DNA of 64,000 bases from Octopus bimaculoides (taxonomy: Eukaryota), in NCBI RefSeq assembly GCF_001194135.2, contig NC_068988.1, positions 44,939,605 to 45,003,604 on the forward strand, written 5' to 3'. The notes beneath the pieces are model-generated. The model was given only the letters and a program-made list of their open reading frames with translations. It was not told where the DNA came from and ran no database searches. This document shows, piece after piece, positions 12,938 through 25,384 of this stretch (its first letter is position 1; each line of letters begins with the position of its first letter). A program made the translations under genes and the position numbers.

Positions 12938-13335
12938 ATTATTATTGTTGTTGTTGTTGTTGTTATCTTTGGATTTTGCGTTATGTTTGTACAAGCTGAG
13001 TCCAAATCTCACTCAGAGACCTCAAGAGATAGCAAGTTCTAAGTTCAAGTACACATTATGACTGAAATGATTGATTTTTGTAGGACATGAGCAGTCCCTA
13101 TGAGTATTATATTCCGATATTTTTTCGATATTTGGATCCCTGGGATTTGAAATATGTAATATTCAACTTCCTTTGCTATTATTCTTAGTGCACTTACAAC
13201 CACGGATATTGTTCTAGTCTTGAGTTTCCACATTTTTCCAATTTCTATTTCAAGAACCTTGTACTTGTTCAACCTTTGGTAAGTCTTATGAGATGCATTT
13301 ATATAAAATAGGACAGTCATATCGATGAGAACAAC
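12938..13335 (-). mobile_element. R4/Dong-type 3' end (RLE C-terminus, 3' UTR, (AAC)n(AAT)n tail)
   Basis: KYKVLEIEIGKMWKLKTRTISVVVSALRII...IPG...ILIGTAHVLQK, followed by a short UTR and a tail at 12938-12965. Confidence 0.85.
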
Positions 13336-13351
13336 TGGGTCTTTTGAAATA

Positions 13352-13432
13352 AGTACTAGTTGAACACTGGGGTCGATGTCATAGACTACTCCCCTCCTCT
13401 CCCTCCTTGTGCCTATGGTAGAAAGGATCATC
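13352..13432 (+). mobile_element. SINE family B 3' tail fragment
   Basis: GTACTAGTTGAACACTGGGGTCGATGT...CTTGTGCCTATGGTAGAAAGGATCATC matches the 3' ends of the family B copies. Confidence 0.65.
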
Positions 13433-13449
13433 GTCATCTTCATCATCAT

Positions 13450-15025
13450 TATTCATATACACACAACATATTAGACTGTTGGAAAAGGAAAATTCCTAAC
13501 ATCGGGCTACAACAAGTAACCTTAGATTGCAAAGAACCCTCTTAAGTATGCTAGCTGTTCCTAACAATACTGTTTTCTGGAGTTGTACTAAACTAGGTTT
13601 TATGCTTATTTCCTCTATCCATCTGTTCAAATCTTCAAGGATAGTTCCTAATGCACCTATAACTATTGGGATTCATTTTACCCGCACTTTGCATAGCCTA
13701 TGCAATTCACTGGCTAGGTCCTGGTACTTTGCTACTTTCTCTATACGTCTGATATTGACGTTTTCATCATTTGGGACTGTAAAGTCAATTATCTGGTGGT
13801 TTCTGTTTTCTTTGTCTACTACTACTAAACCAAGCCTTCTGGCTTCTATTAATCTGTCAGTCTGAATGCTAAAGTCCCACAACATCTTATGCTTCTTACT
13901 TTCAAGTACTTTACTAGGTTCATGTTCATACCATTTATCAGTATATTCATATCTTAGCTTTCTACATAACTCCCAGTGGATTACTCTCCCTAGATTGTCA
14001 TGTTTTCTTGCATTCTTTTTGTGCCAGCATGCTTCATTCACTTACTATATGAGTACCGCTTTCCTGTTTTGGGAATCTACTTAATTTTTGTCTATCCTGG
14101 CTTTTATCCAATTAGTCCTTAATGCTTGATCTTGTGCTGCTACTAACTTTCTGTCTCCCTTTTCAGCCTTCCCTTCTGCAACCATAACCATGTCTCATTT
14201 CTACTATTTGCTGCAACTATCTTTGGAAATCTACCATGCTAAGCCTTCTCCTACCAATCAGATAACTTCTTTTCTTTTATCTAGTCTTAGTTTCGATATG
14301 TTTGTTGGTTTCCCTATGTCTTGCCGTGACTCTAGCAGCTTTTAATAGACTTTCTTCACTATTACCTATAAAGAGTGTATATCTATTCTAGCTAACTCCA
14401 CGTAGTCTTCTACTGATATTGACACTCTTACGCCTTCCTTTCTATGTACTCCTATTCTTGCTCTTGGGCGGTGTCCTCCATTCATATTGAATTCCTTCTT
14501 AGTTCTGTTTAGATTTGCCAATTCAGTTTTTTTCCAATCTACAAAAGCTGCTGAGTATCTAAGAAATGATATTGCTCTAGTATCTACAGCTTTCCCTAGA
14601 TTCGGACTATTTAGCTTTGACTTCATTAGCTTCTCCACCCTACTGATGTATTCCTTCACAATTTTCGATTTCATTTCTATAGCTAGTACTCTGTCAGATT
14701 CTAATACTTTTTGATACTTATAACTCTCATCTTCTCTCAGTGATTTTAATGTCTAGCCATCTGGTACTTGGATGCCTTCACTGTTGACTACCTATCTCCT
14801 TCTCACGACTAATATTGCACACTTATCTATGCCAAATTCAATGCCTATATCTTTGCTGAAGAGTCTTTCAGTCTGTATTAAAAAATCTGTCCCTTTTTCA
14901 TTTTTACTAAAAGGTTTCACATCATTCATGTAGAGCAAATGGTTAATTTTTCCATTACTATTTCTGAACAGATACCCTGCCTTTGCCTTCCTTAATACTA
15001 AACTGAGAGGATCAGACATAAGACA

Positions 15026-15026
<1 letters not shown>
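13450..15026 (-). mobile_element. 5'-truncated R4/Dong-type non-LTR retrotransposon (RT C-terminal half, RLE endonuclease, 3' end)
   Basis: PLSLVLRKAKAGY...KINHLLYMNDVK...DIGIEFGIDKCA; LRYSAAFVDWKKTELANL; RKHDNLGRVIHWELCRK...KWYEHEP...LWDFSIQTDRLIEARR...IIDFTVPND...EKVAKYQDL; ends LQKTVLLGTASILKRVL. Confidence 0.92.

Positions 15027-15093
<67 letters not shown>
15027..15093. repeat. (TAT)n = (AAT)n tract abutting the 5' truncation point of the R4/Dong element
   Basis: Direct; about 22 units. Confidence 0.95.
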
Positions 15094-15094
<1 letters not shown>

Positions 15095-15233
15095 ATATAT
15101 ATATATATANNNNNNNNNNNNNNNNNNNNNNNNNNNNNNNNNNNNNNNNNNNNNNNNNNNNNNNNNNNNNNNNNNNNNNNNNNNNNNNNNNNNNNNNNNN
15201 NNNNNNNNNNNNNNNNNNNNNNNNNTATATATG

Positions 15234-16455
15234 CATGGGTTGGACAAAATAATGGAAACACCTTAAAATTTCAAACAAATTAATTTTAATACGGGGTAGG
15301 ACCACATTTGGCAGTAATTACAGCTTGAATTCTACGAAGTATGGACTCGTACAAAGTTTGAATTGTTTCCAAAGGAATTTTTGTCTATTCTTCAGCTAAA
15401 ACAGTATTCAGTTCTTGTAGTGATGATGGTGGAGAATATCGACGCCTAACTTGTTTTTCTAAAATGCATCATAAGTGTTCAATAATATTGAGATCTGGGG
15501 GTCTGTGGTGGCAAGATAAGATGTTCAACTTCACTAGAATGTTCCTTGTGCCACCCAGTAACAACTTTAGCTGTGTGAATTGATGCAGCGTTTCCTGCCG
15601 GAAACAATTCCGCAACCATAGGATGAATTTTACCAGATAAAATGCTTAAATAGTCTTGACTATTAATTCTGCCATGAATGGAAACATTGAATCGGCGGAT
15701 TTCCAAAATATGGCTTCTCAAATCATCACAGATCCGCCTCCATGTTTAACAGTTGGAAGAAGGCAGTCTGGGTCAAATGCTTCTTTTGGCTGTCCCCAAA
15801 CATATACTCGACCGATACTCGGAAATAAGGTAAAGGATGACTCGTCCGAGAAAATAACATTCTTCTACTGCTCTAGGGACTAATTCTGTAAGTTTTTACT
15901 CCACATTCTAAACGCTTTGCAACGTTCGTTTTTGAAAGTATTAGTTTTCTGATTGCAGCCGTCTCGTGAAATCCAGCTTTGTGCAATTCCTAGCGAACAG
16001 TTTTTGTGGAAACTACGTTCTCAAGGTGGTCAGCTCTGCAGTAATTTTGGGAGCTGTACTTTTGTGATCCTTTCTACCAATTCGCGTAAGAGTCTGACGG
16101 TCCCTATCTGAAACTTTTGGTTGCCTTCCGGATTTTTCTTTCGACGAGGAGGTTTTTCCCTCTTTCTCAAAGGCTGTCATTACTTTCGACTGTTTTCGTT
16201 ACGCTAGCGCCTGTCATACGAGCATCAACAATTTGATCTCTTTGAAAGTCCGATAGATCTGTCATTTTAATGTATTTTAATTTCCTTTTTCTCATGATAT
16301 CTGAAAAGAAACAACACTTTTAGCAAAATATATTAAGTAACACTAACAATAAATCAAAAAAACATAAAAATAAACAAGCTTTTGACGGTTTTATAGGTAT
16401 TTCAAAATCATGATGCTATGATACTAGGTGTTTCCATTATTTTGTCCAACTCCTG
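15234..16455 (-). mobile_element. Near full-length Tc1-like DNA transposon (about 1.22 kb), decayed
   Basis: TIRs CA(T)GGGTTGGACAAAATAATGGAAACACCT at 15234-15263 and AGGTGTTTCCATTATTTTGTCCAACTCCTG at 16426-16455. TA follows the right end. Confidence 0.92.
15286..16265 (-). pseudogene. Tc1-family transposase pseudogene
   Basis: MTDLSDFQRDQIVDARMTGASVTKT; VIFSDESSFTLF; LLPTVKHGGGSVMI; PDLNIIEHL; RRIQAVITAKCGPTPY*. Several frameshifts and stops. Confidence 0.9.
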
Positions 16456-17854
16456 TATGTATGTATGTGTGTATGTATGTATGTATGTATTATTATTATT
16501 ATTATTATTGCTTCTTTTAATTGTGTAATTGTGTTCTCATCAGTTGCTTTGCACAAACAAATGTACTTTAACTGAGGTTAAGAAAGAATAATGAAACATA
16601 CCCCCCAATACAACTAATACTCTACCTACTTCCACTGTTAACAACACTACTAACATCACAATCAACCATTCCTACTCCCATCGTCGTCGTCGTCGTCGTC
16701 CTCCACCTCCTCCTCATCATCATCATCAGCCTACACCATTGCCATCGCCATTTTTCCTGTTCTCATCTTTAATTCACCTTTCCTTTCCACAAACCCATCT
16801 CATACATGTGGACAAAGCAATATTTACGATAAATTTCCTCCTGAAAATGTATAAAATTTGTTAAAAATGGCTCTAAGGAAATTTCTCAATGAAATCATTT
16901 TTAGTTAAAATAATTCTTGCTTAATTATTTGATTAAATCATCGTGGATAGATGTAGAACCTCGAGAATTTAATTAACTTTTGCTCAGTCATTTTCTCAAA
17001 TGCAGTAGTGTACTTATAATTTGGTAAGATCTTTGAGGATATTCCTTTCATGTAACTATGCACTATAAATGTTTCATAACCATCATCATAATTATCATCA
17101 TCTTCATCTTATTGATTTTTAAAATTTTATGATTGTTTTTCTCCACACTCGTTTAAAATGTTATATATTTCTACAACATAAATTTTGTTCTTCAGTTTTT
17201 CTTTAGAACCTTTTCTAATATTTTGAAGTTCAACAAACTTAACACAAAAATACACACATACATACGTTTACATTATGCATGGAAGTATGTATACGTAAGC
17301 ATGTGTAAGGACAAGTACACATGAAATATATGCCTATATATGGCTACATATATATATGTATACACACACACACACACACCCACATATATATATATACATA
17401 TATATATATANNNNNNNNNNNNNNNNNNNNNNNNNNNNNNNNNNNNNNNNNNNNNNNNNNNNNNNNNNNNNNNNNNNNNNNNNNNNNNNNNNNNNNNNNN
17501 NNNNNNNNNNNNNNNNNNNNNNNNNNNNNNNNNNNNNNNNNNNNNNNNNNNNNNNNNNNNNNNNNNNNNNNNNNNNNNNNNNNNNNNNNNNNNNNNNNNN
17601 NNNNNNNNNNNNNNNNNNNNNNNNNNNNNNNNNNNNNNNNNNNNNNNNNNNNNNNNNNNNNNNNNNNNNNNNNNNNNNNNNNNNNNNNNNNNNNNNNNNN
17701 NNNNNNNNNNNNNNNNNNNNNNNNNNNNNNNNNNNNNNNNNNNNNNNNNNNNNNNNNNNNNNNNNNNNNNNNNNNNNNNNNNNNNNNNNNNNNNNNNNNN
17801 NNNNNNNNNNNNNNNNNNNNNNNNNNNNNNNNNNNNNNNNNNNNNNATATATAC

Positions 17855-17888
<34 letters not shown>

Positions 17889-18299
17889 ATGTATATATAT
17901 ATGTATGTATGTATTATGTATGTGTACATATATATATGTGTGTGTCCCTCTGTGTGTGTATTTTTATGTACGCAATTGTATGTGCACATACATGTATATG
18001 GCTGTGTATCGTTTAAGAAGACCCATTAACACCAGCTACAAGTCGTTAACTTTTTTGGCATTGTACTGTATTTGACTTGATCGCAACCAAACATCTCCTC
18101 TTCAGGGATCCAAATAAGAGAGCTGCGTGCATTCATATGAACTTCAACCACATCCAAACTGTGAGTAAGATCTTCGTATGTGACGCAAGAAAATAGTTTT
18201 ATATTTAACCTTTGACAGGGATATTTTTTTTACCTTGTTGCCCTCTCCTATAGCAGTGCTTCAACAAGAAGTGGTTTAGTGAGAAACTAGTATTTAAAA

Positions 18300-18915
18300 A
18301 AAATACATCTCTCAGATACATCCCCCAGAAAAATAAGATATCTTTCTTTTATTAGCCACACATGGCTGCACACAGAGGAGACAAATAGAACTGTAGAGCT
18401 TTTCTTTAAAAATAAAAAAAAGGTAAAATAAAAATAAAGAAATCCGATCAAAAGGGATCGGTAGGGGCAAAAAAAAAGAAAAAAGTATCGTATATCACAG
18501 AAAATGTCAATTGTGTAAAATGGGGTAACATTAGGCTTATTCATGGAGAGAAAAGCCTACGGAAAAGACCACGGTAACCTCAGCAGGGAATAGACACATG
18601 AGAGCAAAGTGCTATCTCTTTTTTATTTATTTTTCTCGATTTATAGGATCATGCTCAAAGAGGTATCGTACTCGCACGCACCGTCTTTGCTACATTCACC
18701 CACCTTTTAATGAAACTTTCACAAGACAAAACTTGCTTCTCTATTCTCACCGTCCTTTTCAAGTGATACTTGAAAAAGTTGATGAGCGATTGGTCAGAGA
18801 GATAAGTTTTCGTCTCTAATCCTTTCGCTCGGGTCCACCACACACATTCTTTCACCATGGCCACCAGTATGATGAACACTGCCTTGCCTTCACCGACATA
18901 ATCAAGAAATTTCTA
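18300..18915 (-). mobile_element. L1/Tx1-like LINE ORF2 C-terminus plus 3' UTR, 5'-truncated
   Basis: ORF 18655-18879 reads FIILVAMVKECVWWTRAKG...LINFFKYHLKRTVRIEKQ...FIKRWVNV, resembling Tx1-type ORF2 C-termini (KxxIWxxR...F...W). Confidence 0.65.
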
Positions 18916-19762
18916 TCACGAATAATATTCCAGTTCCTACCTTCATATATTTACTACAAACTTATTACCATCAACATTATTAAATAATTTACTTGTCTAG
19001 AGAGCCATACTTCACAAACTTCTGAACTTAATCTAAGAAAAATACATAGCCACGTGACTCCAGGAAAATTGTAACCAGCGAAATTTATCAAACTGTCCTA
19101 TTACAGGATCGGGTCTTTCCGTGAAAAATAAACGGGACTCAGTAAATGCATTTAAAACCGATATAAGAAACAACTGAACTCATTCACAGCTCAAAGCGAA
19201 CTCCTGTTTCCTTCAGTTTATTTTAAAACTAAGTGACTGTAGACACAAACGTGTTTATATATACAAAAGTTGCATAAAGAACGTTCTCCACAATATCGTG
19301 TTTGGAAACTGTAGACTATGCTTGATTAAGAAGTTGCAGATCTTGAAAATAGTTACCAATATCATTGAACTGAATAAGAGATATAATCTCAGCTAGAAGA
19401 GATTCTTTTGGAGAATTTTCATCTACAGATCTCACTGGATATGCGTAACTTAAAAAGTGAAAATACTCAGAACAATGCAGAATAGTGTACGCGACATCTA
19501 TCTGTAAAGATCAGAGTTAAACTCAGTTTCCATTTTTCTTGATAAGAACATTTAAGCTGAAATAATGTAAAATACAGTGAACATACAAAACTTTGTTTTC
19601 CTTTGGATTTTGTTTTTCCTCATTGATTTCTTCGTTTATTTATTTTCAGTTTACATTGTAGTAACTTTGTAAACACTCTATGTACGTGTATGTATATATG
19701 TATATGTGATGCATAGGTGTTTTGTGCGTACGTGTATGTGTATATAAATATGTGTGTGTATT

Positions 19763-19816
<54 letters not shown>

Positions 19817-20703
19817 ATGTATAGAAAATCTTGGCTGTAAATTGCATAAATGCATGCATTTATGAAATTTATGTATATATATATATATATATTTTTATTC
19901 GCAGCTTTGTTTTATATAGTAGGTATATTTCTTTTTGGCCGTTAAGGAAGATATATAATCCTGCTGGTTTTCTACGTTCATTGAGAATACTTTTAATTCT
20001 TTTACATGTTTGAGAGCATATGTCTGTATATAACACGCTTGCTGACAAATTCTTGCAAAGAAACACATGAATATGTATGTTTGCATGCATATTTATGTGT
20101 ATATTTGATTGTTCTTGTAACAATATATACACACATATGTGTGAATATTACATATGCACGCCCAAGCGTGCAAATAAATAATATACTTAATACTCATACT
20201 TAATACATACATGCACACACTTCCACGCGTACATCCATTCGCAACACTTATACATGCATATAAATGTGTGTGTATATGTACACACACACACACACACATA
20301 TAAGTATACAAACTTTTCAGTCATTGATCTACGGCCATGCTTAACCATGTACAATATATTAATATATGTAAATATATATATATATANNNNNNNNNNNNNN
20401 NNNNNNNNNNNNNNNNNNNNNNNNNNNNNNNNNNNNNNNNNNNNNNNNNNNNNNNNNNNNNNNNNNNNNNNNNNNNNNNNNNNNNNNNNNNNNNNNNNNN
20501 NNNNNNNNNNNNNNNNNNNNNNNNNNNNNNNNNNNNNNNNNNNNNNNNNNNNNNNNNNNNNNNNNNNNNNNNNNNNNNNNNNNNNNNNNNNNNNNNNNNN
20601 NNNNNNNNNNNNNNNNNNNNNNNNNNNNNNNNNNNNNNNNNNNNNNNNNNNNNNNNNNNNNNNNNNNNNNNNNNNNNNNNNNNNNATATATATATATATA
20701 TAT

Positions 20704-21078
20704 AGGCGCAGGGGTGGTTGTGTGGTAAGTAGTTTGCTTACCAACCACATGGTTCTGAGTTCAGTCGCACTGCGTGGCACTTTGGACAAGTGTCTTCTAC
20801 TATAGCCAACCAAAGCCTTGTGAGTGGATTTGGTAGACGGAGACTGGAAGAAGCTCCCCCCCCCCCGTATATATATATGTGTGTGTGTGTGTGTTTCTGT
20901 GTCTGACCCTCCCACTATTGCTTGACAACCGATGCTAGTGTGTTTACGTCCCCGTAACTCAATGGTTCGGCAAAAGTGACCGATAGAATAGGTACTAGGC
21001 TAACTAAGAATAAATCCTGGCGTCAATTTTGTCGACTAAAGGCAGTGCTCCAGCATGGCCGCAGTGAAAATGACTGAT
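20704..21078 (+). mobile_element. SINE family A, full length
   Basis: tRNA-like head (A-box-like GGTTGTGTGG, B-box-like GAGTTCAGTC), CAAAGCCTTGTGAGTGGATTTGGTAGACGG body, internal (TA)/(TG) tract, CCAGCATGGCCGCAG tail. Confidence 0.9.
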
Positions 21079-21290
21079 ACATATATACATATATATGTAT
21101 GTATACACACACACATGTATATATATATATATAATAAAGAATTTCATTGAAGAGATCTTCCCCATGTGGTGAGTTGTAGTGAAAAAATATATAACAAAAG
21201 AAGGAAAATAAACACTATTTATATTTTCAAAATACATTCGCTAATCATGATATTGAAACTGGTGAAAATATTGCAATTTAGTATTATCTA

Positions 21291-21490
21291 GGGCGGCGAG
21301 CAGGCATAGTCGTTAGCACGCCGGGCGAAATGCTTAGCGGTATTTCGGGTGCCGTTACGTTCTGAGTTCAAATTCCGCCGAGGTCGACTTTGCCTTTCGT
21401 CCTTTCGGGGGTAGATGTAATCGACTTAATCCCTTTATCTGTCCTTGTTTGTCCTCTCTATGTTTAGCCCCTTGTGGGCAATAAAGAAAT
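21291..21490 (+). mobile_element. SINE family B
   Basis: GGCGGCGAGC...GAGTTCAAATTCCGCCGAGGTCGACTTTGCCTTTC; similar copies at 26794, 30441, 36165, 51225 and 54285. Confidence 0.88.
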
Positions 21491-21528
21491 AAATATTGCA
21501 ATTTCGTATTATCTTAAGGAGTTATATA

Positions 21529-21579
<51 letters not shown>

Positions 21580-22332
21580 TATATAATTACATATATACGT
21601 GTATGCACATTTACATACACACACATGCACACACACACACACACACACACATGCACACACACACACATACATATACGGGTACAAAAGAGTGTACATAGAA
21701 CAAAGAATAAAAAAGGCAAACCAGGGGGAGCAAATTTTGAGATATAACGCGGACAGAGGTGTCTTCAACAGGTCAAATCCCACTATTGCGAGGTGCTAAC
21801 AGGGATTAGCTTTTCTGATAAGTCAGTGTATACGTAGGATCTTCTACCACCGCTTCAAACTCGAAAAGTTATTGAAGGAGAAGGTTATCTAGTTTAATAT
21901 TCCACTTAGTTGAGAAGTTTCCATTTATATAACTAACGCTAATTAAAAAGCATTTTGCGAGAAATCATTGTATCTAATATTCATTGCCAATGATAACTAC
22001 TGATGCTTAGGTAGTGTCACTTCCAATATTGCTCACTACAGCAAACATACATCCACGCTGTCCTCAGCCAACGAACCAGCTTGTAAGTGATAAAACCCTA
22101 TCAGTTGCTTATTGAGGGCAACCTGCCTCTCAATAGCATGGCTTATTGAGCGACTGTCACATTAACCGGTGGTATACTACACAGACATGACAACCAATAG
22201 CTTTAAAGCAACTTACAAGCAGTCCTTCCGGTGTAGGAACAGAGGAAGGTCCATCTCATTGTCCCATTTAATCTGAAGACGCTGGGCCACCGGAACGATT
22301 TTCCTATCATCACATGGAGCATCCTTCACAGG

Positions 22333-22569
22333 ATGTACCTAACAAATGCAAAACTATACTCAATACAAACGATACCAACAGTTAAAAAATGCAGACGACC
22401 TAATTGTGGTACATGCCCATATCTATTCACATTCCAGCAAGGACAAAATTTCTCACTTAAGACCAACTTCACATGTGCTTCCCAGAACCTTATCTATGTC
22501 CAAATCTGCTCAGGTTGCGGTCACAATTATGTGGGCCAAGCGAGTCTTACTTTGAATCTAGTGGTCTGA
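22333..22569 (+). mobile_element. Penelope-like element zinc-knuckle/GIY-YIG endonuclease fragment
   Basis: VKKCRRPNCGTCPYL...NFTCASQNLIYVQICSGCGHNYVGQ shows the CxxxxCxxC, FTCxSxNLIY and CxxCxxxYVG patterns of PLE endonucleases. Confidence 0.8.
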
Positions 22570-23039
22570 AGTGTGAAAAATCAACATAGACAAAAGAGGC
22601 ACAGACAACAGTGAACCACAACACAGCGTGCGGTTGTTATGGTAACAAACTGCTAAGGCCACGCTGTCTGTTAACTGGCTTAAAATTACCCAAATTTCTC
22701 AACTTAAATTTCAAATAACATCAGATTCTTTAATTTACGAGATAAAGTAATTGGTTGATAGTAATCAAAATTCAGAGTTACATCGATATACCAAAATTGA
22801 AAGCAATCTAAGCAAAATTATAGGGGCCTCATTTTGCGAATGAAAAAGACTAGATCCTCATCTCTAGCATCCCTTACTAGATCAGGGCATGTTTGTGGAT
22901 ATGATGTATATTTAATCTTATCCTTCAAGCAGCTATATATGCGTTTGTATGAACATTATTTTTACGCCTGCTTTTCTATACTGGTCAATTGCAATACAAA
23001 TTCTTTGTTATTCCTTTGTGAGTTTCGTGACTTCTTTCT

Positions 23040-23280
23040 CACCCCTTTGTGAACCCCTTCACAATGCCGATCATGTCTTCTTTGATCTTCTTTCTTCTCT
23101 AGTCTCTTATATGCATTATTAACCACTTTTTCGCCCAAATTTCATTTTCCATGCACATCACATGCCAATACCGGTGCCATTTTCTATCCTGCACTGAGAA
23201 GCTGATTCCTTTTATGCTCATTTTCCTTATCGGTCCGTTTATACTACGTCACTCTAGCACGCAAAACTTATGCCTTATTT
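23040..23280 (-). mobile_element. RTE-clade LINE 3' remnant
   Basis: Minus frame GISFSVQDRKWHRYWHVMCMENEIWAKKW resembles GIRCSVQERRLRWYGHVMRM. Confidence 0.55.
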
Positions 23281-24859
23281 CTCACTATCATGCAATATAG
23301 TACTCTGCACCAAAGCGTCATTATAATGTCATTTAGCCCCAGGTCAGCTTTGATCAAGCCGGCCTGTAATTGAAGGCATTTCAGTCATGGCCATCATGTC
23401 TTTCTAAGAGTATGTAGTTCTATATTAGATAATATAACCTTTCCTTCAATAGTAGGAATAGTTTCATTAACATTTCTTAGTCTTACTCTTTAGCAAGACA
23501 CACGTCCATTGCTGATTAAGAAATTTAAGTAACAGATACTACCAATTATCATGGAATCTTTCTGGCAATTGCGGCACTTCCTTTGTTGGGCGTTCTACTG
23601 CTAGCTACTCCTGTGAGTACGAAATCCTTCTTCGCTATTGTCTACCTACAGTTTAGAGTTTCTACCTGGGCCTTTTCAGCCTAGAGAACATAGCCACTCC
23701 ACAGTCGACAGTGATAAGTGTTCTGTTTTCTCTTTCTTTTTTCTAACTAAAATTTACGTCCTTTCTGTTTTGATATTTAGGTACCTCGATCGTAGACATT
23801 TCTTGTTTGTAAGGCTCTAAATCTACTTTGTGGAGAATAAGACACCGAGTGAATTTATTGGCAGTGAAACTATGCATGGCTTATAGACAGCGAGAAATGT
23901 GCAATACTAATTGTCAGCGTGACAGCGTTTGTACCTATTTACCAGTAACATTTCTACTGTATCACACAGGTTGGTAACTAGTAGGTAGATAAGATTCAAC
24001 TTATAAGCACATTATATGTCCCAGTTAGACACATTATCTGTTTGATCAAGCACTTGTTGCAATATCTATCTTTATGACAGTGAAAGAACTGTGTCTGTTC
24101 AGTTCAGTCAGCCGACAGCTGGACACTCTCTAAATGTATCTAACCAACACCTAGACGCTGTGCCTAGCGAGTTAGAAAATACCATTTACCGAAAATAGAA
24201 AATGAAAGGAGATGAAGAGTAAAGTTCAATAGCTGTGTTTTCATGAATTTATCTTCAATCTTCATCAACAAAAGATTCAATAATTAAAAAAGAAAAAAAA
24301 AAATTCAATAATTAAAGCACAATGAACATAGGAATACCAGAAATGCCATTGTGTTCCGTAGTTACTGAACCATTATTTTATTAATCGTCTCTAATGTATT
24401 ATTCACGCCATAATTGCGATTTCAATATTCTATTCTTGTCAGTCATCTGTTTATTTAGATCAAGAGAACTAATGTGTCCCTTCTTTTCTTTTCTTTTTTG
24501 CTTGTTATTTATTGTAGTTTGTGTTTGTATCTTTGTTGGTTGCTACCGATTAATCTCTAGATCTTCAGTTATGTATTTCATTGAAAGCAATATAAATACC
24601 TAAAGCGAGTGTCAGGGCATTGTTTTCTTGGCCATGTGTTCGTATAATTCTTATGTTCTTCCTTCCTGTGTATATAAAGTAAATTTTCAATAACCTTTTC
24701 TAGTCAACTACTGTAGCAAAAATGAATGAATAAAATATCAGATTACTGAATTTTAGGTTGGTAGTTCGAAATCTGCAAAAGATGCACACACACACACACT
24801 TACACACACACACAAACACACACATATACGTATACGTCTGTCTTTATCTTTTATTCTTT

Positions 24860-25238
24860 TATTTGTTTCAGTTATTTGACTGCAGCCATACTGGAGCACC
24901 GCCTTTAGTCGAACAAATCGATCTCAGGACTTATTCTTTGTAAGCCTAGTACTTATCCTATCGGTGTCTTTTCCCGAACCGCTAAGTTACGGGGAGGTAA
25001 ACACACCAACATCTGTTGTCAAGCGATGGTGGGGGACAAACACACAAACATACACACACATAAACACACACACACATACACATACATGCATGCATACACA
25101 CACACACATACAATGGACTACTTTTAGTTTCCGCCTACCAAATCCACTCACAAGGCTTTGGTCGGGTCGAGGCTATAGTGACACGCAGTGGGATTGAACC
25201 CGGAACCATGTGGTACCACACAGCTACGCCTGCGCCTA
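24860..25238 (-). mobile_element. SINE family A, full length
   Basis: Reverse complement of the 27730/62522 copies, with an internal (CA)-rich tract. Confidence 0.9.
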
Positions 25239-25384
25239 TGTTTAGTCATAATAAAGACAATTTTACATTAATTTGAGGGGGTTATTTTATACTTTTGTAG
25301 AATACAAGTTTATTTTTAAACAAGAATATTGTTGACAATGACTTCGAAGTTTCATCCAGTTAAGCCATTGTCGGACTATATATA

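Noticed and set aside
18105-18159. Exon candidate DPNKRAACIHMNFNHIQT (CTCTTCAG|...|GTGAGT)
   Set aside because: Good splice signals, but it sits among decayed repeats with no phase-linked neighbour or recognisable homology; may be chance.
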